NCBI GenBank assembly: GCA_036676395.1
Contig: JAKFCY010000002.1
Location: 2,624,001 to 2,688,000 of the forward strand
Direction of reading: 5' to 3'
From: Bdellovibrio sp.
GTDB taxonomy: Bacteria; Bdellovibrionota; Bdellovibrionia; Bdellovibrionales; Bdellovibrionaceae
Length of the DNA stretch: 64,000 nt
Below, piece after piece: positions 56,178-64,000 of this stretch; position 1 is the stretch's first letter; the number at the start of each line of letters is the position of its first letter. The notes beneath the pieces were generated by a model that made no database searches, was not told the origin of the DNA, and saw nothing but the letters and a program-made list of their open reading frames with translations. A program made the position numbers and the translations under genes.

Positions 56178-57898
56178 TTTGTTTTCACGAAGACAGAAAA
56201 TTTATTCACAGCACTGATTACCAGTTAATTTCTTGTAGCGACGATCAAGACACGAAAAGTTTTTTACAAGCTATCGAAAAAAATTACGCTGAAAAAATGA
56301 AAGTGGTGAAACTTAATTTTGCAGCACTTGAAAAACCAAGCGTTCATGATACCCGTCGCTTTTATGCAAAAACCCCAAAAGCCCAGGTCTTTGTTTTGAA
56401 TACGTTTGCATTACTTGAGCAGACTCAGTTAGAAAATCTATACCCTGAAAAACCTACCTCGCGCCCCACCTATTACCCGACTGTTCAAGAATCCTTATTC
56501 TTAGAAAATGTGCAATCAATCAAAGAAGATATCTGTAGTGGGCGTTTTTACCAAATGAACTACACCGCAGCTCTTGAAGCCAAAGCGCCAAAACATTATT
56601 CGCAGTTAGATGGTTTTGTGCATATTTCAAAAACTGTTGGCAGTGATTACCGTGCGTATTTGCCACTAGGGCCCGATGAAAGCATTCACTGTCTTTCGCC
56701 AGAAATGTTTTTATACAAAAAAGGATCTCGTCTTACGACCCAACCGATTAAAGGCACTTTGCTTTCGGGTTCAAATATTTCTGAATTACAAAATAGCAGC
56801 AAAGAAAACGCCGAACTTTCAATGATCGTGGATTTACTGCGCAATGATTTAAATACTTTATCTTGTGATAAATATAACGACAGTTCGCGCGTCAACTTTC
56901 ACAGAAAGATTATTGATTTAAAATACACGTCGCACACTTATTCTGAAATCGAAATTAATACGTCAAAAAGTTTCAGCGAAATTATCGCTAATACTTTTCC
57001 GGGGGGCTCAATTTCTGGCTGTCCAAAAATTGAAAGCCTTAAAAAAATCGCCGAAGTTGAAAATTATCACCGTGACTTCTACACCGGCTCTATCGGTTGG
57101 TGGCAAGGTGAAGACTTTTGCTTAAACGTGGCGATTCGCAGCAGCTACCAAAAAAACAACCAGCTTTTTTATTTTACCGGTTGCGGGATTGTTTTTGATT
57201 CAGAACCGCGCAAAGAGTGGCATGAATTTTTAACTAAATGCAGTTTTTTAAATCTGTATCTTGAATACACCTCGGTGGTAGACACTTTAGAATTTAACGA
57301 TGGATTTACTTACCTGCCTGAACATATTCAACGCACGTATTTAGCTTTGCGTGACCAGATGGTTCAAACTGATCTGCAGCAGATTCAAAGTCTTTATCAA
57401 AAAATTGAAGCGACAAAGCGAACTAAACTAAAAACACCGCATAAAGTGCGCTTAGTTTTTGCCAAAGATTTAACTTACACCGCAGAATCGACCCCGCTTG
57501 CAGCAACCAGCCAGCCAGTGATACTGCAATTGATACCGTTTAAACAGTTCCTGCCGCGCTATAAGACGATCGACCGTAATGTTTGGAACTTGATACTACA
57601 AAATAAAAAAGAAGCCGCTCACGACGTTCTTATCGTGAATAAACAAGGCAACATCGTAGAGACTTCGATTTACAGCGTGTTTTATAAAAAAGGTGACGAG
57701 TTTTTCACTCCGCCCAGCAGTGATGGCGGAATGTATAGCGTGTTTCAGGCGCATCACATAAAAAAAGGTTCTATCACCGTCGATGATAGAACCTATAAGT
57801 TATCTGAAAGATCACTACCGGCTTCAGAATTACCAACTGTAGAACTTTATGTTGGCAACTCTGTACGCGGTCTTTTAAAAGCTAGCCTACTTTTCTAA
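56165..57898 (+). CDS. pabB: Aminodeoxychorismate synthase component I fused to a PabC/class IV aminotransferase-like domain
   Basis: SPEMFL, PIKGT, ENAELSMIVDLLRND and FPGGSISGCPK motifs; C-terminal HIQR, YKT, VETS, FTPP and GNSVRG motifs. Confidence 0.85.
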   Translation: MQPLICFHEDRKFIHSTDYQLISCSDDQDTKSFLQAIEKNYAEKMKVVKLNFAALEKPSVHDTRRFYAKTPKAQVFVLNTFALLEQTQLENLYPEKPTSRPTYYPTVQESLFLENVQSIKEDICSGRFYQMNYTAALEAKAPKHYSQLDGFVHISKTVGSDYRAYLPLGPDESIHCLSPEMFLYKKGSRLTTQPIKGTLLSGSNISELQNSSKENAELSMIVDLLRNDLNTLSCDKYNDSSRVNFHRKIIDLKYTSHTYSEIEINTSKSFSEIIANTFPGGSISGCPKIESLKKIAEVENYHRDFYTGSIGWWQGEDFCLNVAIRSSYQKNNQLFYFTGCGIVFDSEPRKEWHEFLTKCSFLNLYLEYTSVVDTLEFNDGFTYLPEHIQRTYLALRDQMVQTDLQQIQSLYQKIEATKRTKLKTPHKVRLVFAKDLTYTAESTPLAATSQPVILQLIPFKQFLPRYKTIDRNVWNLILQNKKEAAHDVLIVNKQGNIVETSIYSVFYKKGDEFFTPPSSDGGMYSVFQAHHIKKGSITVDDRTYKLSERSLPASELPTVELYVGNSVRGLLKASLLF

Positions 57899-58295
57899 AG
57901 TGCGGTGACTTTTGTGTTGGCTTTTCGTGCATAGGATTATGCTTAAATTTTAAAAACTGTTTATAGTCTTTATTGTAAGCTGAAGTAAATGCAGCTTCAT
58001 GTTTATTAAAAACTTTATCTAACCAAGTGTAATACGTTTTATACATGTGGTTATTCATAAAGTTACAGTACCACATAAATGGCATTGCATTAGAAACCCA
58101 ATATTTTTTTGAAAAGCTTGTGATCTCTTTATTAAAAAAGCCCCACCACTTAGTTGCTTCAGTTTTATTCACAAAGTTAGAAGTAAAATAATTTCTACCT
58201 TTAAATGTAAAACCAATTTCATAGCCTTTGCCTACAGGTTTGAAATATGTTTTGAACAAATTTTTGCCAAGCTTATAATTTTTTGATTTAGTCAT
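57882..58295 (-). CDS. Hypothetical basic, aromatic-rich protein
   Basis: 137-aa ORF with GGAG RBS; ACCGATAG sigma28-like -10 at 58336-58343. Confidence 0.75.
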   Translation of the reverse strand: MTKSKNYKLGKNLFKTYFKPVGKGYEIGFTFKGRNYFTSNFVNKTEATKWWGFFNKEITSFSKKYWVSNAMPFMWYCNFMNNHMYKTYYTWLDKVFNKHEAAFTSAYNKDYKQFLKFKHNPMHEKPTQKSPHFRKVG

Positions 58296-58369
58296 CGAAT
58301 CTCCGAGAAGAGTTAAGGCCTAATTGCCAAGACTTCTATCGGTAAACTGACGTACAAAAATGAGTTTAA

Positions 58370-59176
58370 TTATATTGATTTCGTGTCAGACTTTGCCGGG
58401 TCTACAAATGGAACGTATTTTTCTGACACCATGGCATGCAGCTTTGCCGCGATTTCACTTCTGTGATCTTCAGGTGTCACATGCAACAAGGGTAAAAACT
58501 CTATTTCACAAACTAGTGTTTCAAGTTGCAACGCTCCCCAGATTGATTGAAAGAACGAAATATCACCGTGCCAGCATAAAGCATCACGATGTTCAAACTT
58601 CACTGGAGCACCATTAACTAAGCGATAATTAAAAACAAAGGGTCTGATTGGCACACCAGCTAATCCTGCTGCCATCAACAGTGTTTTTTTAAACGGCAGT
58701 ACCTGTTCACCATTTGAGGCCACAGATTCTGCATATAGCACAACATGAAAGCGTTTTTTTAAAACTTCGATGATATCTTTTAACTCATCCTGAATTTTCA
58801 TGCGGTTTACGCGGTCAACATAAGTACAACCGGCAACCTCTGTGATTTTTCCAAGGCCCGGAGCTTTTTGCATTTCACGTGATGTGATAAACACAGTTGG
58901 CACAAGCGAAGTTAAAGCCAAAATATCAATGAAGCCAACATGATTGCCGATTAATAGCGAAGCTTCATTATGAGCGATTGGATTTTTACAGATCACTTGC
59001 ACGTGAAAAGCGTTAACAAGGCGGATTCCGTATTGATGCGCATTTTCAGTTAAACGTCGGCGACGCAATACAGGTTCTTTGGTCGTTAAATAAATAAACG
59101 TACCCTGAATAAGATATGCTGAAATAATAGTTACAAACTTTATAAAACGATAAGCAGCGCGAATTTTTTGATACAT
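58370..59176 (-). CDS. Lysophospholipid acyltransferase (PlsC family)
   Basis: NHVGFID (HxxxxD), YVDR, YAES and LPFK motifs. Confidence 0.88.
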   Translation of the reverse strand: MYQKIRAAYRFIKFVTIISAYLIQGTFIYLTTKEPVLRRRRLTENAHQYGIRLVNAFHVQVICKNPIAHNEASLLIGNHVGFIDILALTSLVPTVFITSREMQKAPGLGKITEVAGCTYVDRVNRMKIQDELKDIIEVLKKRFHVVLYAESVASNGEQVLPFKKTLLMAAGLAGVPIRPFVFNYRLVNGAPVKFEHRDALCWHGDISFFQSIWGALQLETLVCEIEFLPLLHVTPEDHRSEIAAKLHAMVSEKYVPFVDPAKSDTKSI

Positions 59177-59204
59177 GCAAAGCTGATCATAGCCCCAAAC
59201 AAAT

Positions 59205-59233
59205 AAAAAAAGCCAGCTTTACGCTGGCTTTTT
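59205..59233 (-). terminator. Bidirectional intrinsic terminator
   Basis: AAAAAGCCAGC-tttac-GCTGGCTTTTT. Confidence 0.85.
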
Positions 59234-59260
59234 CGTGATAACACTTTGTTTAGTACTTAA

Positions 59261-61279
59261 TTAGTTTACTTTATTTAAGTAGAAATAAAGTTTCATAGGT
59301 TCAAGCATCCAAGATAAGTTATTGTCGTCGCTTGGATGTGCAACAGCTTCATTAGCAGCAGCGACACAAGCAGCATCAGTACTTGCCATGCGCCCGTTTT
59401 CTTTTAATTCAACTAACATTTTTGTTGCTGTAATTGATTTAAAAGAAATTACTGTCTTACGCGAAACTTGACAGAACGTACTACTATTTGCCGAAGTCTG
59501 AATCGTAACGCCTTCTGACTCTTCATCCTCAAGAATAGCCGATTTACCATCAGCCGCATAATTTAAGATATTCGTAATGAAAGCATTTTTTGGACGACCT
59601 TTAAAGTCATCTTTACTGATGAAATCAGCGGGGCTGATAGCTTGCCAGTTAAAGTTGTACTCACGACCACAAGAACCATCTTGTGTTTGGCCGCCACCAC
59701 CTTGCCAGTAAGCATTCGCGTAACAACGATAAGCCGCCAAAGTTGCAGCAACTGTTCCGCTGGCAGAGTGACATAAATCAGTACTGCCAATAATTGTTTC
59801 TGGTTTACCCAAGTATCTTCCGCCTGATTTATCCATCGGCGTTGCTGAAGGCGCTCCGTCTACATCAGTAAACTCACCGCCTGTATGCGTACAGTAGAAA
59901 CTAACTGCTGCAGTTGATGAAACGCCATCATGGTCAGCATTCGAATAAGTACATGAATTACTGTAGAAACCTGTACCGATCGCCGTAGCACTTGTCGGTT
60001 GAGGCGGACAGCTTCCTTGATTAAGATTTTGCCAGTTAGTTACGTTAATTGGTTTTTCAGTAGCCAAATCTTTACAACCGCTTCCTTGAATTCCGACTTG
60101 CCAACCAATTGTAGTGCCGGTTGAAACTGGTACGCCAGGCCACGCGCCTGTATAAACTTTTGAACGACAAGCCCATGCATTATACATTTTTGTAGTTCCA
60201 GAAACTAACCAAGCACGGCAATCAGCTTCTTCGTGATTCGATTGCGCGCCCGTTTTCATCCACGGTTCATTGTATGGAGCCGGATCTCCTCCAAAACCAG
60301 ATGCTGTAGTAAATCCGTATGGACCAAACTGCATTGCACCAGCTGTAGCACTAACTGTTGGAAGACCCGCTGGTAAAAGGTGGATACGACCGTAACCACG
60401 AGCTTCGTCAGCAGAAAAACCTGTTGTATCATTACAAGCACCAATTGAATTTCCGTAGTTACCGCCCCAAATTGAAAGAGCGTAACGATCATTAGTACCT
60501 ACTGTACCACTTGTTACCGGGCATGATGTTACTGTACCACTTGCATTCTTTTCGCAGTTACCTGGTGCAGGAGTAAAGTCTTTACCTGTAAAACGAGCCA
60601 ACGTAAGTTTAAATCCAACATGTGGCATACCCGGATCACCTGGATTGTACGCACCAACTGTAAATGATGCGCCCACCTTTTCATAGGCATCCATTGTCCA
60701 TTCACCTGTAGGATTAAACGCTGATGCTGCGGCAACAGCAATTTCTTGTTGCACATTTGCAACGTTAGCTTTTGGAACTTCAACAGTACCATCAGAAGCT
60801 AAAGTAATTGCACCTAATGGTAAACTACCTGTAGCTACAACTGTTGAATCCGCTACTGCGTTACCATTTAAATCTGTTTTAGTACTATCAGTAAATTTAA
60901 CTTCACCAACTACAACATCAGTTTCTTTATTAACAAAAGCTACAGTGATTGCAGTACCAGCTGCGTCTTCACCAAGATCAACAGAAAATGTACCATCACC
61001 ATTAATATCTGCCGTAACTTCAGTAGGAGGGTCAGTTTGTGCAGTTGCAACAACTTCTAAATCATCATATTCAACTGCGCTGGCGTTAACATTATAAGAT
61101 TGCACGTCACCAGTTTTTTGATTGATAGCCATTGATGCAGCACCTAAATCTAAATCACCGCTGATCACTAATCCATCAGAACCAATTGCGCGTGAGACAT
61201 CAGAACCCGAACATGCAGCTAAAGCGATGATTGATGATAACAATCCAGCTTGCGCTACGTTTTTAAAACATAACTTCAT
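59261..61279 (-). CDS. Large Gly/Thr/Cys-rich surface lipoprotein, function unknown
   Basis: LAAC lipobox, GGAGG RBS, 672 aa. Confidence 0.8.
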   Translation of the reverse strand: MKLCFKNVAQAGLLSSIIALAACSGSDVSRAIGSDGLVISGDLDLGAASMAINQKTGDVQSYNVNASAVEYDDLEVVATAQTDPPTEVTADINGDGTFSVDLGEDAAGTAITVAFVNKETDVVVGEVKFTDSTKTDLNGNAVADSTVVATGSLPLGAITLASDGTVEVPKANVANVQQEIAVAAASAFNPTGEWTMDAYEKVGASFTVGAYNPGDPGMPHVGFKLTLARFTGKDFTPAPGNCEKNASGTVTSCPVTSGTVGTNDRYALSIWGGNYGNSIGACNDTTGFSADEARGYGRIHLLPAGLPTVSATAGAMQFGPYGFTTASGFGGDPAPYNEPWMKTGAQSNHEEADCRAWLVSGTTKMYNAWACRSKVYTGAWPGVPVSTGTTIGWQVGIQGSGCKDLATEKPINVTNWQNLNQGSCPPQPTSATAIGTGFYSNSCTYSNADHDGVSSTAAVSFYCTHTGGEFTDVDGAPSATPMDKSGGRYLGKPETIIGSTDLCHSASGTVAATLAAYRCYANAYWQGGGGQTQDGSCGREYNFNWQAISPADFISKDDFKGRPKNAFITNILNYAADGKSAILEDEESEGVTIQTSANSSTFCQVSRKTVISFKSITATKMLVELKENGRMASTDAACVAAANEAVAHPSDDNNLSWMLEPMKLYFYLNKVN

Positions 61280-61491
61280 TATTCCTCCGTGTGTGTTTTT
61301 ATGACGACCAATTTAGTCTGAAGAAAATAATGACAATTTCATATGCAAATATTTTTTTCGCCGACAAACGTCTGGGAATGGTTCAACTTGTGTTTCAATG
61401 TGCTATAACCAGAGTCATAACGCTGGATCGTTAGTAACAATTTCTTAACAGAAATTTCACAACACCAGAAATTTTTAGAAGGAGTTTTGTT

Positions 61492-61854
61492 TTGAAAAAA
61501 AATGTTATTTTATTTATGTGTGCGTGTTTACTATCTTCTTTTTCATTCGCAAAAAGTAAAATCGATGTGAATGAAAAATATAAAAAACCGATCATCAGAT
61601 TTTTACCAATGATGAAATCTTGCCGTGATGCCGGAACAAAACAAACGATGCAAGCTTCAGGAAAAATTGTTGTCGATTACGAAATCAATGACAAAGCTGA
61701 ATTACACAAAATCAGAATCAACGACGAACAAACTACACTGACTGATTTGAATTTACAAAAGTGTGTTGTTGATGCGTTTAAAAAAATTAAATTTCCAAAA
61801 ACGCCAAAAGGTAAGATTGTTAAAATCACTTACCCCGTTGAATTTAGTCGATAA
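61492..61854 (+). CDS. Small exported protein with a TonB-C/AgmX-PglI C-terminal-like domain
   Basis: Signal peptide; C...GKIVVDYEI...CVVDAFKKIKFP.....ITYP pattern; AAGGAG RBS. Confidence 0.72.
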   Translation: MKKNVILFMCACLLSSFSFAKSKIDVNEKYKKPIIRFLPMMKSCRDAGTKQTMQASGKIVVDYEINDKAELHKIRINDEQTTLTDLNLQKCVVDAFKKIKFPKTPKGKIVKITYPVEFSR

Positions 61855-62875
61855 TTAATGAAGCCGCTTTGTACATGCGGTCAAAGATGCTCTCCCACAT
61901 TTCAGTATTGTGGTAGGGCATTTGAATAAAGCATAAAACATCGGGCTTACGTGCACTGACTGCGCGAAGCTGTGAATACAATTCGCGCGCAGCTTGGCCC
62001 GGATCTTTGGGTAAAAGCAAAAATTCAATCTTTTCGACTCGACCCTTTGGTTTCACAATTTTAACTTGTTCAACTTCGTCAGGAAGTTCTTTTAACTTCG
62101 CATTTAGAATTTCAGAAATTTGGCTGACTTTCATACTTGGATCTTTGCAAATCACAAATGGAACTTCGGGCATGTAATGATGTTTCATATGCCCCGGTGA
62201 TTCTTTTTTATCAACGGCCGCAAGCCATTTGTATTTTAACTGCGTTTTTTGTAATGACGTATCTAATTCAGATTTTAAAACAGCACCCTTACGTAAAATT
62301 GCTAATTCATAAGTATTATGTTGCGGACCCACAAAAGACACTCTGACTAATAAGACTGTAGATTCAATTCCGATTTGGCTTTGCCCTTGATCTAACACCA
62401 GAACGCTATCACCGAATTCTTTTTTAACATGCTCAGCTTTTGTAGGACTCGTTTTGCCAAATTTATTCGCGCTTGGTGCGGCTATTGGTACGCCAACAGC
62501 ATTAATTAATTGCTGCGCTAACGGATGGCTGGGTAAACGTACGCCAACACTATCTAAACCTGAAGTGATCATATCAGAAATTAATTCTGATTTTGGCATT
62601 ACTAAAGTTAAAGCTCCCGGCCAAAAATCTTTAGCCAGATGATCTGCCAGCGCATGCCATTGTTTAAAACAAGTCTTAGCCTGTTCAACTGAGGCCACAT
62701 GCACAATCAACGGATCAAAAAATGGACGCTGTTTCGTCGAGAATATTTTTTTTAAACCTTCGGGGCGATCAATACGCGCACCAAGGCCATAAACCGTCTC
62801 GGTCGGAAAAGCCACGACATCACCTTGTTCAAGTAATTCAACCGCGCGTGTGAAGTCACTACTTGCTGTCAACAA
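61844..62875 (-). CDS. sua5: L-threonylcarbamoyladenylate synthase (Sua5/TsaC)
   Basis: VAFPTETVYGLGA, KQRP..DPLIVH, AAPSANKFG and SPG..KHHY motifs. Confidence 0.93.
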   Translation of the reverse strand: MLTASSDFTRAVELLEQGDVVAFPTETVYGLGARIDRPEGLKKIFSTKQRPFFDPLIVHVASVEQAKTCFKQWHALADHLAKDFWPGALTLVMPKSELISDMITSGLDSVGVRLPSHPLAQQLINAVGVPIAAPSANKFGKTSPTKAEHVKKEFGDSVLVLDQGQSQIGIESTVLLVRVSFVGPQHNTYELAILRKGAVLKSELDTSLQKTQLKYKWLAAVDKKESPGHMKHHYMPEVPFVICKDPSMKVSQISEILNAKLKELPDEVEQVKIVKPKGRVEKIEFLLLPKDPGQAARELYSQLRAVSARKPDVLCFIQMPYHNTEMWESIFDRMYKAASLIID

Positions 62876-64000
62876 GACCTCCCTCGTTTTTAAGCAAGGC
62901 TAGTGGTTGTAATGATCTTAATGGTCGCATCGACACTTTTAAAACTCCAAAGGTAAGTGAAACTAAAACTACAATTAAAGATAACATCGACACATAGTCA
63001 AAATAAATCCCCAATTTAAACATCACACCCATAATCACATAGGCAATCAATGACCCTAAACCTAATCCGACCAATAAACTTAAAAACGCAATTAAGCTAA
63101 ATTGCGTAATCATAATGCGGTAAAGCTGCTCTTGGGTCGAACCCAGCACTTGCAGTAAGTTCATTTCATTAATACGCTCACCCACTTGGGTGTTGATCAG
63201 AATAATAAAGATAAAAAATCCAACCACTAGTGCAAGGGTTGCCATAATTTGTAAAGCCAAAGCCATTTGATCAATAAACACTAAAGACTTTTCTACACTT
63301 TGTTTCACATTAATAATTGAAATATTAGCAAAACGATCAACCACTGCATTTTGAAGAGCGCGCACTTGTTCTTGGTTAATTTGTTTCACTGCACTTAAAT
63401 ACACTTGCGGAGCTTCTTCTAAAACACCCGGTTGAAAAGTAATAAAAAAGTTTGGCTGAAAGCTTGTCCAGCGCACTCGGCGAAGTGAGGTGACTTTACC
63501 CTTGATTTCTAAACCCTGAACATCAAAAGTCATGATATCGCCAAGTTTAGCACCGATACGTTCAGCGTATTTTTCTTCTAAGCTGATTTCTGGAATTTCG
63601 CCCACAGTTGACGAAAACCATTTTCCATCTAACAAACTTTCTGAATCCTGCAGATCAGCCTTATAAGTTAAATTCACACCGCGGTTTCTAAAACGAGCTT
63701 CATTTTCAGATTCGCGGGTTTTGAAAAAACCCTGTTCTTCAACGCGCTCATAACTTAAATCATTAATTTTTAAAATGCGCGAACGCACAAGCGGAGTCAT
63801 ATCCAGATCTTGTCCGGTTTTATCTTTAACGATCTTAATCAGTTCGTCTTTTTGATCCATCTGAATATCAAACATAAACACTGATGGAATTTTAGAACTG
63901 ACTTCAGGTCTAACTTCTTCAACGATCGATTTTTTAATATGCGGCAGTAACGTTAATACCACGACCGATAAGGTCATAGTCATAAAAATTAAATCAGTAG
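62859..64000 (-). CDS. FtsX-like ABC permease (YbbP-like), 3' part
   Basis: FMFDIQ and VRWTSFQPNFF motifs plus C-terminal TM helices; gene begins beyond the window end. Confidence 0.82.
   Translation of the reverse strand, partial: TDLIFMTMTLSVVVLTLLPHIKKSIVEEVRPEVSSKIPSVFMFDIQMDQKDELIKIVKDKTGQDLDMTPLVRSRILKINDLSYERVEEQGFFKTRESENEARFRNRGVNLTYKADLQDSESLLDGKWFSSTVGEIPEISLEEKYAERIGAKLGDIMTFDVQGLEIKGKVTSLRRVRWTSFQPNFFITFQPGVLEEAPQVYLSAVKQINQEQVRALQNAVVDRFANISIINVKQSVEKSLVFIDQMALALQIMATLALVVGFFIFIILINTQVGERINEMNLLQVLGSTQEQLYRIMITQFSLIAFLSLLVGLGLGSLIAYVIMGVMFKLGIYFDYVSMLSLIVVLVSLTFGVLKVSMRPLRSLQPLALLKNEGGLVDSK

Overview
AT-rich bacterial chromosome segment whose gene content and order suggest Bdellovibrionota (inferred, not searched). 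It is mostly housekeeping and motility DNA: lspA (partial)-lgt, a TonB-dependent receptor, acs, yacG, a KimA/YdaO-like APC transporter, HU, pfkA and livKHMGF. A ~15.4 kb sigma54-type flagellar operon follows (TPR gene, degenerate enhancer-binding protein, flgBC-fliEFGHIJ-MotE-like-fliK-flgD-TIGR02530-flgE). The rest comprises mlaEFD, a DUF721/DciA-like gene, trmFO, a phospholipase D, tdk, mltF, glmU-glmS, a HAD/kinase/FleQ-like regulator/adenylate cyclase cluster, pabA, a pabB-pabC fusion, plsC, sua5 and several secreted orphan proteins. The standout locus is 34.8-37.8 kb, where a stand-alone HUH/Y1 (RAYT/IS200-like) tyrosine transposase gene is tied to a 14-bp motif, GTGACCGATACCCC. Copies of the motif contain the gene's stop codon, contain its start codon (one mismatch), sit in frame inside it, and flank a neighbouring 678-aa lipoprotein hydrolase gene as 15-bp direct repeats. 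Synonymous sites 3' of three copies show a strong strand-specific G/T skew. Together this suggests a possible HUH-driven gene-cassette or local-mutagenesis system. Also notable are an unannotated 32-aa hydrophobic ORF behind a DnaA-box cluster, a four-hairpin flgE leader, and candidate sigma28/sigma54 promoters, some implying leaderless mRNAs. I saw no rRNA, tRNA or CRISPR array.
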